A stretch of 63,156 bases of DNA, filler included, from Octopus bimaculoides (lineage: Eukaryota), in assembly GCF_001194135.2 (NCBI RefSeq). It is 5 parts of 5 records of this genome, joined end to end, with 100 filler letters (N's around TTAATTAATTAA, not from the genome) between each part and the next. Parts side by side here need not be neighbours in the genome. Positions count along the whole stretch, not along the records: positions 1 to 17,232 come from NC_068992.1; 4 more parts are not named here. The stretch is one strand, 5' to 3'. The position numbers were made by a program, and so were the translations under genes. Positions within the stretch are counted from its first letter, which is position 1. Every line of letters begins with the position of its first letter. This document shows, piece by piece, positions 1 to 13,619 of this stretch. The notes under the pieces are model-generated. The model did not search any database, had not been told where the DNA came from, and saw only the letters and a list, made by a program, of their open reading frames with translations.

Positions 1-33
1 GTGTGTGTGTGTATGTGTGTGTGTGTGTATATG

Positions 34-72
<39 letters not shown>

Positions 73-118
73 GTTTTTTCTCTTTATTTTCTTTCCTTGT
101 TTCTTTCTGTGTTTCCTT

Positions 119-240
119 CTGTGGAAAATCTCCGCCAAGAAACGTTAAAGAGTTTTTCATTTCCCGACCGTTAATCTAATACATGTGTTTGTTGTCTACA
201 CCACCAGTCTTCATCGTTTGTTTTTTTGTGAATTCTCTCT
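119..240 (+). mobile_element. Penelope-like terminal-repeat fragment, same family as 29941-30061
   Basis: ctgtggaa...gaaacgttaaagagtttttca...ctaatacatgtgtttgttgtctacaccaccagtcttcatc...gaattctc aligns with the reverse complement of 29941-30061. The Penelope assignment is inferred from the hammerhead-like CTG..GAA-stem-GAAAC arrangement. Confidence 0.5.
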
Positions 241-3189
241 CTCTCTACACACACATACGCACACGCACATACACACACACACACACACGCACACACACAC
301 ATATACATCGATGCCCTGACCAAAACTACGTTGCACTGACTATCACCCGAGATCAAGTTTTATGCAGATATTAGTGTTGTGGCTTCTACCACATTGATCA
401 AATAAGCTCAGTAAAAAGAATATTCTTTTTATCCCAACATGATTTAAAAAGTGTAACCCAAAATAGTAAAGAAATTCTAGAACATGCATATGGAATGCTG
501 CATTTGCATACACTCATGAATCTATATGGAGCATTCATTTATGCCTACGAGTAAGGAATCAAATTATCTAGAGCAATTAATTCCTTTATATAAGCGCGCA
601 TCCATTTACACAAGAAGCGAATTCATCAATCTGAAATTTATACGAACAGAAAACAATTAGTAGCGACAAGAAGAAGAAATTATGAAATTCAATTTATTCT
701 TGTAATATAAATTCCATAAAGTAATGTAGAACATGTAAAATATCATCTCCATATGTTTCTTTAATACATAATGCACTTTTGTGCTTTTTCATTTCAGTGA
801 TAAATGCTTCCATTATTTACCGTCATGAATATATTATATTGCCTGGAATCAATATTAAATATTAATGTATTTCAAGAGTTAAGTATATTTTTTCTTGAAA
901 CTGGATCTAAAATATTCTTGATAGAAACACAATTGCCAGAATTATTAAATTAAATGTTATAAAACATATACTGACATTATCCACGCATGTATTACCTCCA
1001 CATATCGATGTCATTTATCAGCACAATTAAATTGATCAAATGTACGAAGTTTACAAAACTGTTAGAATTTCAAATTAAAGTTGTAATGAGATTCTGCGTG
1101 CAGAATTAAATGAAAACTTAGAATGTACCGTATCTTTAGAAAGAGTTAATTTACAGAGCAGCATTGATTAATACTATGCTCAAATTTGTGATTTTTAGAA
1201 ATCAATTAAAATGGCCGATTTCTGTAGATTATCAGCATTTTCTTTCACTCTCGATCTGCTATTCAAATTGTAGGCTTTTGTTCACTGCGATATATCGGTT
1301 GATGCATGTACCAAAAGAAGATGTAAACCGATTGTTATTTTTATTCAATGTTGCTATATTTTCGGCATTTTTATACATCCATCTTTAATGCAAATTTTTA
1401 CAGTTTGTTCTTATTTTAACTGTCGTCTTTCTATTTTATTAGTGTGATGGTTGTTACTTTCATGATCATTATCATTATTATCATCGTATTCATGATCTTT
1501 CCCTTCCTCCTACTCATTATCATCCTCCACGTCTCATTATCAGCATCGTCATTATCGTCGTCGTCGTCGTCACCATCATCATCATCATCGTTTCCATCTT
1601 TGCAACATCTCATGCGAGTCTCTGCAACAACTACAAATGCGCCATAGTATTCGTGTGAAGCGGTTTATTTGAGATAAATGCGGCATCAAGATATCATTTG
1701 CTGATTTTTCTGTTGGTGTTCCGCCCTTTCTTTGAGCAGAAAATGTGCTATGTGAACTGACTTGTGTTGTTATTTAAATCCAGTTCAACAGTACTTGAAA
1801 TCACTGATAATCAAGAGTGAATATCCCGCTTCTCTGTGTATATAGAAAAACATTGCTCAGTGTTACCGTAGTTTTTAAAGACAATGTCATATAACAGAAA
1901 TTTAGCTGTTATTTCGAGCGTGTTAAGTGGTCACTTAGACACACCGACGTTACTTAGATGTGAACTCTGCTTCATAAAATGGAAGCTGTTTTCCTTATGC
2001 GATTTTCTATTTGCGAGTTATTTGTATTCTGTGATTAAGTACCGGTGATTGATTTCGTGGAGTATGTGATGTTATATGTGTTATATTATTTGAGAGGAAA
2101 TTACTTGTATAAATATGAATGCTGTTACGTTGCTGTTGCATTAGATGTGATACAGAGTCGCATACACGATGGCGATCATGTGGTGTTTTAAGCATTATTC
2201 AGAGTATTATATTAATGAGTGGTAATTGTGAATGTGTTGCGGGTGTATGTTTATTTTACTGAGTTTTAATTACGGAGCTTTCACTATACATAGAACTGCT
2301 ATTACTAAGTGGAACTGCGAAGTGAATGCATTGGGTGATCTCTTTCATTTTAATAGATGAAGAAAGTACAGAGCGGCTGTTATATTCGCTGGAAGTTGCT
2401 GTTTTATGGTTTGATGATTGTGCGTGTTATAAGTCCTGCACTCATACTAATAAGAGTATTGTGTGTATTATGCAGATGAACTGAAAACTTTTGACCTTGA
2501 CTTCGAGTTATGAATAGGTTTACATTTTTTAGAGAATGTGTTACAACGTGTACCCTGATTTTCTATTTTATCATTATATTCACATTTTGTTCCATCATAT
2601 GTAGTTAAAAGAGACGGCATGGACTGTATATACTGTGAACATATTCATGTTTAACTGCAGAAGGCGGTTTATTATGAACAGATATCAGAGACTATAAAAA
2701 TAAGTGGTGCATTGATATTGAATTTAATGTGTATTATTTATTCCCAACGCATGCAAATGATACCGCTATAATTGATTTGTTGCATTCGAAAATAAACTTA
2801 ATTGATAATTAAAACGCCTGTAAAGCAGGCTGTGAAGAAGGAGAATATGCTTAAACTATATACATATTTAGCGATACTTTTTTTTTTCTTACAGAAGTAT
2901 GTTTATGTGTGAATTTAATGTAGAAATAAATTATACGGAATCTCAATGTGTATCCTTAACTAACTACACATAGCAGACAAATTACAAAATGCCATCTTGT
3001 GAATTTGAAAACCACTGGACATTGAAAAATAGAGGAAGCCCGTGCATAAGAGTTCTTTGGTGATGCATCAGCTTACAAATGATTAACACAAAAACATGAC
3101 TATAATGAACTTGATATATTAATAATATTTGTTAAATTTTCATTCCTTCATAGTACTTTTCATTTCACGAATTTTAAACGATATTGGGT

Positions 3190-3394
3190 GTTTCAAATTC
3201 TGGCACATGACCCACAATATTGTCAGAATTAATAACTCGATTACATCAACCTCATTACTTCACTGGTGATTATTTTATCGAATCTGAAAATATTAAAGGC
3301 CAATTCAGCCTCGGCAGCATTTGAACTCAGAAAGTAAGGTCGGAAGAAATGCTGCTAAGCATTTTGTCCGTTAGTGATTGTCAGCTTCCCACCT
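3190..3394 (-). mobile_element. tRNA-derived SINE family A (Deu/Nin-like core), degraded
   Basis: Contains cgattacatcaacc..ctggt..ttttatcga..gcatttgaactcagaa..gaaatgctgctaagcatttt, homologous to the reverse complement of 9516-9728. Confidence 0.75.
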
Positions 3395-6300
3395 TTGAAT
3401 GGTAAACAATATTAAAAACTGCCCATCATGTTTCCTATAACCTGAATATTATGATGGATGTTCTTTGATAGTTTACCGTATGGGCGTTATCCAGAAAGAA
3501 ATGCCGTGTAGAAATATCATAGCATATTTTTACGCTTCATATCCACTGAAATAACGTCAAGCAAATACAAACTATGACAATTCATTCTCAACATTAAGGT
3601 AATTCTTCTTGTTACTTTTACTCATTCTATACGGATTTTTAGGAGCATATTTTACTTGATACATGAGTTTGCTAATATTTCAATCATTTTCCCAATAACT
3701 TGGTAGGAAGATTGTCGGATCTGCTAAGCAACATCTGCTTCGGATTGATTTCTTTTCTTCTCTAGAATCGACGAAGATTTACGTGTCTAATGATATACGG
3801 TGATTGACGTTCAAATGATACAGGATGATTGACTTTCAAACAAACAAATGATATAACTGCACTTTATGTGATTCACTGTCAAGATGCATTTAGAATTTTC
3901 CATTAACATATTAAGGTAGCATAAATTTATGGAAAATTAACAGATGCTGCTGCTCGAGTAATCATTTTATAAACAGAATAATTGCTAAAGTAACCAGCAT
4001 CCTATGTATGTGGAAGAACGTTGTTCTAGTCAATAAAATCAAATCAAACTGAGTATTACCATTTATATCAATATAGTAATATATTGCTTTAGTTCTGTTG
4101 CTACAATAACACCATGCTGTTTCACTTGAGTGGGCTGTTGGCAAAGAAATAAGAAATTGCCTAAGTATTTAGGATTTCGAAATTTAGCACTGGAGCTTAC
4201 AATTCAGAAATACATCAGTTCAACGTCTACTTTAACACCTCTCGATTATTTGCGTGGCTTCGGTGATTAACTCCTATATGACAACATAGTAATTTATACG
4301 GCATGAAATATAGCAGATATAAATTCCCAGCATTTTTTAATGTTAATTTACATGGCAAGATGAATTAGATTCATTGATATTTCCTGGACAGAAATTTATC
4401 GAAATTGGACATCTCACTATCCAACTGTAATGTTAAATAATTTTCTGATGGCAAAACTATATTATGAATATTGTTTTTGTTTTCTCTAAAATTTACATAT
4501 AGGACCTAATTTGAGAAAGATACAAGAAATTTGTATTAATCTGTATTATCTGTATTAATTTAGCCAAACTCCTTGAAGCATTCGTAGTGAAGCCTACTTA
4601 AGTTTAATCCCACTGACACTTGAGGAATTTTACCATTTTTCTCTATTCTAGGAATAGAAGAAAATGGCATTTGTATATGGGAATCATAACACAGTTTCTC
4701 AGTATGTTTCCATGTGCATAAAATTCAATATATGTTGCTCAAACAGGCTTGTGTTTGAAGTATTTAAAATTTACAAGCATGTATGTCATTTTCATATATG
4801 TGTGTGAGAGAGAGAGACACACACAGAGTAAGTGTGTTTATGCATGTATGTGTGTGTATTTGTGCGTGTATGTATGTATGTGTATCTGTGTATAAGTGTG
4901 GTTCTTACTCTGTATCAAGAGATAACAGGTATGAATATGAAACCAAAGTAAATATCATCTATGGCAGATTATGAACAAAACTAAAGTGAGCTATTTTCCT
5001 TAGCAAATTTTGTAATTAACACCTCACTTTCTTCTACAATGGCACAGTTGTGCAATTAAAGTAGTAAACTGTTTTAATTGCATTTATTTCATGTTTTCCT
5101 AAATAGTTCATGTTATTATTTATTTTAAATACATTTCCAATATGTGATTGTACTTAACATATTTTGATGCTATACGTAATCTTTTATCAAATTTCATTTC
5201 ATTCTTTCTCTCCTCTTTTGTTTGAAAATATTTTTTTATTTNNNNNNNNNNNNNNNNNNNNNNNNNNNNNNNNNNNNNNNNNNNNNNNNNNNNNNNNNNN
5301 NNNNNNNNNNNNNNNNNNNNNNNNNNNNNNNNNNNNNNNNNNNNNNNNNNNNNNNNNNNNNNNNNNNNNNNNNNNNNNNNNNNNNNNNNNNNNNNNNNNN
5401 NNNNNNNNNNNNNNNNNNNNNNNNNNNNNNNNNNNNNNNNNNNNNNNNNNNNNNNNNNNNNNNNNNNNNNNNNNNNNNNNNNNNNNNNNNNNNNNNNNNN
5501 NNNNNNNNNNNNNNNNNNNNNNNNNNNNNNNNNNNNNNNNNNNNNNNNNNNNNNNNNNNNNNNNNNNNNNNNNNNNNNNNNNNNNNNNNNNNNNNNNNNN
5601 NNNNNNNNNNNNNNNNNNNNNNNNNNNNNNNNNNNNNNNNNNNNNNNNNNNNNNNNNNNNNNNNNNNNNNNNNNNNNNNNNNNNNNNNNNNNNNNNNNNN
5701 NNNNCATAATATATTATACATTTGGCGTCATAAAATATAAAATATCACGGAACCAATAACTAAGTCATCACAAAGTGTCTCCATTTATAAATCATGTATG
5801 TCGTCTTTCATCAAATTGCAATTTCTTTTCTATATTGATTTGAAAAATATTACTAATATTTTTTTTTAAAAATTAAAATCAGTAACGTTACAACAGACTA
5901 AAAATTCACATGATCATTCGTTTGAAATATTGGCGTGCGTTCATAAATTTTGTGTAAATTGAGAAACTAAATACAGCAAGGTCATTCAATTTGAGCAAAT
6001 ATGTATAACAGAAACATTGTCGGCATATTGAAATGGTAAAGTGATTGGAGTTTGATATGATATAAGACGATTAAATAATGTGAAACATGAGACTCAGTGT
6101 CCATTACTTTGATAATGGGTCGCGTTTCCTCTTTTGCTCAAAGTAATTTGATAGGCATTAGCTCTTTACTAAGGAGGTCAGTATAACAGTTTCCTCTCTA
6201 GTGACAACTGGAGAATGTAGAAAACGTTGTTAAATGCAGCAGAACGATTATTGTCTTGCCATTGCTCGAGTTGTTACTTTCAATAAATGATTGCATCATA

Positions 6301-7278
6301 CGGTCCCAACATTTCATTTGCTTCGTCGCTCATCAAACATCTCCGCCGAGATGATATACCTACCTATCGGTAATAAACCAGGTGTTTTCTAATACGTGAA
6401 AAATTTCCAGTTGGTTATGGAGTTTTGGTATAAATCGTCTGAAGAAGATTGTTCACTGAAGATCTATTGACAAAACATACTCATGATCTAAATCCCTTTA
6501 GGTAGATGATCTATAAATAGGCATTGTTTCAGAATAGTAAACACATTCAACAACAGAGAGTGTTAGAAATAATATTCATCCTATTTAAGAGATATGGTGA
6601 GGTCACCTAAAGTTATTCACATTTTCTCACTCAATAATAATGGTTTCAACGCTCATTGTTTGTATATTTATACCACGAAGTTGGTGTTCTCTTGCTTACA
6701 GGAGTGACGCTTTAAATTCAAACCTACTTTAATAAAATTCCAAATTATTAAGGTCGTATAACAATGTATTCGAAGATCACAAGTCAATTGTTTACTTCAG
6801 GTGATATGTTAAACTATCAGCAGGTAATTCGAATGCTTGAGATATCTTAATATCGGCCTGATAATTATATAACGACAACACATTAAGGTCTCCGAATACT
6901 CAACAAAGCAGTCTCAATTGGATGAAATTTCAAAACCCACTAGTTCTTAGAAATATGTTATTCCTACAGTTGCGTGATATAGTAAATATTAATGTCTTGA
7001 TAAGCGTTCTAAGTTGCTTTACAATTTTAATTGTATATGAACAACGGTAAAAGCTCTCAAAATGTTCGTATTATTATTTCTGAGTGTAATGTAACTTATA
7101 TGCACATTTGTGTCTTAGATACGACCAACGTCATAAACAAATCTCACCTATACAGGTCTCTACCATTATTCAACAAAAATAAGGAAAGCTTTCAGCAAAC
7201 GACAATAGTGAATACAATTTATCTGAAATCACAAACAAACCTAAAATTGAAATAAAATAGATATAAAATACATTTCAA

Positions 7279-7338
<60 letters not shown>

Positions 7339-8020
7339 NNNNNNNNNNTATATATATACGCATATCAATGTCGATACAGATATAAGTATAGAGCGATAAA
7401 TACTAATAAGGGGATAAATAGCTAACTATACATACAAACATAACTATAAAATCGTCGTATTTAATATAGTATAGACGGCATTAAAATATATCCCGTTATA
7501 ACGCAAACACGTATACATACATACATACGCATGCATAAATAAAATAAACCCGGCCACATATACAGAAAAAAATACATCTATAATAATAATAAACGCAAGG
7601 AAGAAGTTACAAACTGAATGCATATATACGGTAAACTTAAATGGGAAAAATAAGAGTATCTCATATATTACAAGTGTTAAAATTAAATTGAACAGTCGTG
7701 AAGGAATTTAAGGGCAAATAAAAATTACACATATATATATATTTATTTATTTGGAAAAATGTATGCACACACATGTACACAAAATTAAATTTACATCCAC
7801 GAGCATACAAATGCATGCACACATACAGTTACACAAATAAAAGTGTGTACACTCATAGTCTCGCACACTCACCATAAATCCCATATAACTGAAATCTCAT
7901 AAACAAATATATAACTATAGATCTATATCATTATATTCATACAAATATAAGCGGGAACATAAAATAAATACATATATCATTAAATACATATATCTGAAAA
8001 TATACAAACACATGTAGGCG

Positions 8021-8362
8021 TGGTCGTGGCATTCCGTCGGTTATGACGATAAGGGTTCAGTTGATCCAATCAACAGAACAGCTTACTCGTGAAATTAAAG
8101 TGCAAGTGGCTGAGCACTCCATGGACACCTGTACCCTCAATGTAGTTCTCGGGGAGATTCAGCGTGACACAGAGTGTGACAACGCTGGCCTTTTGAAATA
8201 CAGGTACAACGGAAACAGAAAGAAAGGATGAGAGAAAGTTGTGGTGAAAGAGTACAGCATGGTTCGCCACCAACCTCACTCACAACGCTCGGGCTGCGAA
8301 TCGAAACCACGATCCTGCGATCGCGAGTCCTTTGCCTAGCCACTGGGCCATTGCACCTTCAC
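8021..8362 (-). mobile_element. tRNA-derived SINE family C (head C1 + tail T1)
   Basis: Homologous to 17987-18375. On the minus strand it has an A-box-like tggcccagtggctagg and a B-box-like ggtttcgattc. Confidence 0.85.
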
Positions 8363-8907
8363 TGGGCGCGTAACGATCCAAGTTAAAGTATGTATTTGCT
8401 AAATCTTTAACACAAAATAAAATTCCATAAACCCGAATATTGTAAATATAATATTGTAACCATAAATATTAGACNNNNNNNNNNNNNNNNNNNNNNNNNN
8501 NNNNNNNNNNNNNNNNNNNNNNNNNNNNNNNNNNNNNNNNNNNNNNNNNNNNNNNNNNNNNNNNNNNNNNNNNNNNNNNNNNNNNNNNNNNNNNNNNNNN
8601 NNNNNNNNNNNNNNNNNNNNNNNNNNNNNNNNNNNNNNNNNNNNNNNNNNNNNNNNNNNNNNNNNNNNNNNNNNNNNNNNNNNNNNNNNNNNNNNNNNNN
8701 NNNNNNNNNNNNNNNNNNNNNNNNNNNNNNNNNNNNNNNNNNNNNNNNNNNNNNNNNNNNNNNNNNNNNNNNNNNNNNNNNNNNNNNNNNNNNNNNNNNN
8801 NNNNNNNNNNNNNNNNNNNNNNNNNNNNNNNNNNNNNNNNNNNNNNNNNNNNNNNNNNNNNNNNNNNNNNNNNNNNNNNNNNNNNNNNNNNNNNNNNNNN
8901 NNNNNNN

Positions 8908-8952
<45 letters not shown>

Positions 8953-9044
8953 GCTTATATTTACAAAACGGAATTTCCAGTGACTACAGTTTACAGTCTT
9001 TTCATGTTCTGCTTAAATATTTTCTAACTCTTCGCATACTCATA

Positions 9045-9340
9045 ACTAGCTGAATTTTGGTGCCTTTATATGAATTTGGAGATTTGATATGCACCAAACT
9101 AAGCCTTAAAGATGGTTCTTTACCCTTCAATATATTCTCAGCATGAAAAGTACAGTTCATAAGGGTATGTATAGAATGCAATATCAGCGTGTATAACATG
9201 TTTTTTCTTTTGAAAATTAGATGTGGAATTAATACAGAATGTAACTAAATTATGGTTGGTAACATAGCATTTACAAATAACATTATTACGGTTGCAGAAA
9301 TCACACAATGAACAATTTTCTTTCACACGACAATTACATA
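9045..9340 (-). mobile_element. Penelope-like element GIY-YIG endonuclease remnant (degraded)
   Basis: Minus frame reads CNCRVKENCSLCDFCNRNNVICKCYVTNHNLVTFCINSTSNFQKK. This resembles the PLE Cys-rich linker CNCRxKxxCxLxxxCxxxxVIYK followed by a decayed YIG motif. A second frame continues KGKEPSLRLSLVHIKSPNSYKGTK. Confidence 0.6.
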
Positions 9341-9515
9341 AATTATTAACAAAGTTTAGCAATGAAGAATTCTTACTAGCACTGATATTAGAAGGAATCT
9401 TATTAATATCTTTATTTCATCCTCTTTATATAACGAATACAGGAATCGTACGAGGTGAGTAACCGTTTGATAGTTTCCAGACTGTTATCAATGATGTTAA
9501 TACTATCATTACTTA

Positions 9516-9728
9516 AGACAGCGAACTGGCAGAAACGTTAGCACGCCGGGCGAAATGTTTTACGGTATTTCGTCTGTCTTTACGTTCTGAGTTCAAATTC
9601 CGCCGACAGTGACTTTGCTTTCATCCTTTCGGGGATCGATAAATTAAGTACCAGCTGCGTATTGAGGTCGATCTAATCGACTCCCCGCTCTCCAGACAAT
9701 TCGGACGTTGTGCGAGTAGAAAGGAATA
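9516..9728 (+). mobile_element. SINE family A, near full length
   Basis: Head gcgaactggcagaaacgttagc with B box gagttcaaattcc, followed by core ctttcatcctttcgggg.tcgataaattaagtaccag. Confidence 0.9.
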
Positions 9729-10984
9729 TAGACATTATTATTTCTATTATTGTTTATGGTGTTATTAGTTATTACTAATTATTACTCTCGTTCATGTAGC
9801 AATTCATATCGTTGTGACCGTTAAGCTAATAAACTATACTAGTACAACTAAACTATTTAGAGGGTCGGTAAGTATTAAAGCGATTATTTCTGTTTGAAAT
9901 ATCACGAGACTTTAATTTAGAACGATTAGTAGTTGTTGTAATAGGGGCGAAATTAAGTGTATAGAAGAACAAAGTGTCCGGGTAACCTTGTTGGATATGC
10001 CGTTGTATTGATGTTTTAGTGAGAAATTGTCCTTAAGGATATGTGAAAATTTATGTTTTGAGCAGATAGTTCAAACGGAAAATTATATCAGGTTGTATCC
10101 CGTTTTCTATCTCGGGACGCTTGAAATATAGGACATCATTATGAATGATAGAAGAACCATGCCTTACCTACGTACATGAATTAGAGAGTTGTATACTTGG
10201 AGTGAGTAGATTCAGAATTATGTTTACTACTATCGATATCTGAAACACTACAGGGGTTTTTATTACCACAAAGTTACTAGGCTGATATTTCTTGATGCAG
10301 CATTTATTTTCATTACTAGTTTTTTTTCTTTTTTCTATTGCATGTGATATTCTGATAGTAATTCCCTGAAATATAATTATTATTTATAATGGAGCTAATA
10401 AGTTTAGTCAGAAAGCGCTAGTATTATTTTGATATGTGGAAGTCTTAATTTGTATTGTCAGTAAAGGATTGTATCTATCTATATTATGAGGTTAATTCAT
10501 GATTCCATTTCATTTTAATACCATTATAGTTGCGTAGCCATTTAGCATATGCCAGGAAAGATAATTTATAAGCTAAGCGTATAGCTTTTAAATTTATCAT
10601 TAGGAGTCGTGTTAATATTGCTCAGAATATAAATATGATTATTAACTCGCTGTTTAACTTTAGCATTATGTGCATAATATAATTTCTCACCATACACACT
10701 CTACAATAAAGCATTATTACTGTATACTGAGTTACCGTTAAAAAGAACTAGAAAGTTTCATTAGAAGAAGCGAGACTAGAAATCCTATTATTATTGTTTA
10801 AGTCTTTTAAAGATGACGGTAGGCGACCAATCTGTTTGTGCATATGAGTAAGTTTCATATTTGGTTTATGATGCGGCATCTAAATGTTGAAATCTATGTC
10901 TTCGTAAGAATCCACCTATCTAAAGTGGGTTCTCGAATGCATTAAACACACGTTCGTCTCCTTTATAATTAGTAATATGATATA

Positions 10985-11350
10985 TTGGTTTCAAATCTTA
11001 GCACAAGGACAGTGCTCAAATGGTACTTATATTATCGACATCGAAAGGATGAAAAGCAGAGGTGACTTCGACGGAACCTGAACTTAGAACGAAATGACGG
11101 GCGAAATGCCACGAGGTATTTTGCCTGGCGTGCTAATGATACTGCCAGTTCGCCACCTTAAATAGTCCTATGATATATTCAGGAGATTCACCGACGTTAA
11201 TTGAAATAAATAATGGTTTCAAATTTTGGCACACGGCCAGGAAATCCCGGGTAGGAGATAAATCGATTACATCGATCCCCACCCCACAACTCAAATTGTA
11301 TGATCGAAGGGAAAATCGACCTCGTTAGAATTTGAAATCAGAACGTAAAC
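10985..11350 (-). mobile_element. Two adjacent SINE family A copies (10985-11160 and 11213-11350)
   Basis: Both contain tttcaaat..gcaca.gg, the tcgac..gaa core and gaa(c/t)ttgaa..agaacg. Confidence 0.75.
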
Positions 11351-13578
11351 ACTGATGAGATGACGCCGTCGCCATCTGTAGGTGATATACAATAATAAAA
11401 AACCAATCGAATAAATTTCTATGTAATTATATCCGGCTTTTTTGTGTACAAAGTAGAGAAATTTATTTTCTATATAAAATGCAAAAGATCATATAGCAAC
11501 ACGAGAACTAGTGCAACAGCAGAGTTCAAGAAATATATATCCCGAATAGAAATAGATTAACAGAAAAAGAAAACTAAAAAAAAAAAAAAAACATAATACA
11601 CAGATTGCTTCAGGTATTTTCAAGGAAACTAGAATACAGTTCTTTGTAGTTTTACACAGTTTCATATTTTCATTTAGGTTATTACAATATTATAAATTAC
11701 ATTTTTTGGATTTTATGCTGGTAATCTAATCTCGGTTTCTCTTTATAAGCAACTCTTTTTTCGTTTTATTTTCGCTTAATAATGCTTGTTATATATTCCT
11801 TTATATAATAGTTTTCCCTATTGATTTATTCATGCAGAATGTTCTGCACTTCTGCACTTCTTGTCTGCACAAACATATAGTGGTGTGTGTGAGCAGATTT
11901 CTGCTTTATTATCATGTATTTTTACACCACGCTATTTTAAAGGGTATATCATCTATTCTTTTTAGTTTATATAGATAGAGAAGAATATAAACCGTAATGT
12001 CACCATTTTATCTACTTAAAAAAGAGAGATTTATTTTTAAAAGCATTTACAGCCTTTCAGTGACTAAAATCAGCGTAGCATATTTCTAACATTTTCCCTT
12101 CTATTTTAAAAATCTTAGTGAAAAGAATAATGCAATAATTTCATTATATTTGTCTCGAGAAGACGAAAGTGTCTTTGAGATAATATTTTCGACAAAAATA
12201 TATATTCACAGACCTACTAAAGATAAACCTACATCATTCTTTTTTTCACAATTATTTTATCAATTTATAATTTAGGTAACACGTAACGTGTTTATAATTT
12301 TTAGTCTATAAAATTCAATTTCACGAAATATGCTGATATATATATATATATATATANNNNNNNNNNNNNNNNNNNNNNNNNNNNNNNNNNNNNNNNNNNN
12401 NNNNNNNNNNNNNNNNNNNNNNNNNNNNNNNNNNNNNNNNNNNNNNNNNNNNNNNNNNNNNNNNNNNNNNNNNNNNNNNNNNNNNNNNNNNNNNNNNNNN
12501 NNNNNNNNNNNNNNNNNNNNNNNNNNNNNNNNNNNNNNNNNNNNNNNNNNNNNNNNNNNNNNNNNNNNNNNNNNNNNNNNNNNNNNNNNNNNNNNNNNNN
12601 NNNNNNNNNNNNNNNNNNNNNNNNNNNNNNNNNNNNNNNNNNNNNNNNNNNNNNNNNNNNNNNNNNNNNNNNNNNNNNNNNNNNNNNNNNNNNNNNNNNN
12701 NNNNNNNTTTAGGCATTTATAAGTATATATGCATTGCATATGTGGTATTTATATAAACGTATATATATATATACGCCACTAATTCGTTTCTGTAGCATTT
12801 ATATTTAGGCATTTATAAGTATATATGCATTGCATATGTGGTATTTATATAAACGTATATATATATATACATATATTTAGAAATATGTGTGAGCATGGAT
12901 GCATGCATATATGTATGAAAGAAAATACCAGTTTACATATTTATATATCCTTATACATGTAAGTATGTTCATGTAGTTCATGTATATTTGTATTGATATA
13001 TGAATTATAAGTTTCTATATTGCATGTGAGTGCATGTGTGTATCCTTTTCCATACATATACGTAAATATGCAAGCATTCTCAAAGACATGTATATATAAA
13101 ATATAAATGAATAGCAGTAGAGGTACAGCTTTCAATACATTACAGCCGTTTCTAAAGACTCATTTAAATGATTAAAGAAAACATTACATGAATTCATCTG
13201 ACAGAAATGATTTCTTTGTAATGATGTCATGTTTTCATTAATGAATTAAAGGAATCGTTACACAAGGCCGTAATGTATTGACACCTGTACTTCTACTGGT
13301 ACTTGTTTATATTTTATTCACCTCTATCGGAATCTGCCCTTTGTAAATATTATGGATTGTATATTTATTAATAATGTACATGTTTGAATAGCTAAAGAGC
13401 AAATTTCTTCACTCAGCTAGGTCAAATTGCCTACATATGCTGCAAGAATATTCGGCCGGTACTTATGTATCATGTTTGATATTTACTTCTTATTGCTGTC
13501 TGTGTATATTATTCCGACCTAAAGACGTGGCTCAATTAAAGTACCTAACTCAACTGAATCATACCGATATTATATATG

Positions 13579-13619
<41 letters not shown>

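Noticed and set aside
2341-2480. Good acceptor (tctttcattttaatag) followed by DEESTERLLYSLEVAVLW
   Set aside because: No recognisable family, weak donor, and the frame closes soon after. It cannot be supported without transcripts.
3750-3805. Strong acceptor ttcttttcttctctag with a possible 34-nt exon (3766-3799)
   Set aside because: Short, with an unrecognised peptide and no partner exons.
5120-5740. Long ORFs spanning N gaps (also 12272-12739, 13437-14855, 21152-21537, 33731-35006, 48851-49879)
   Set aside because: They are open only because N codons contain no stops; the flanks are microsatellite.
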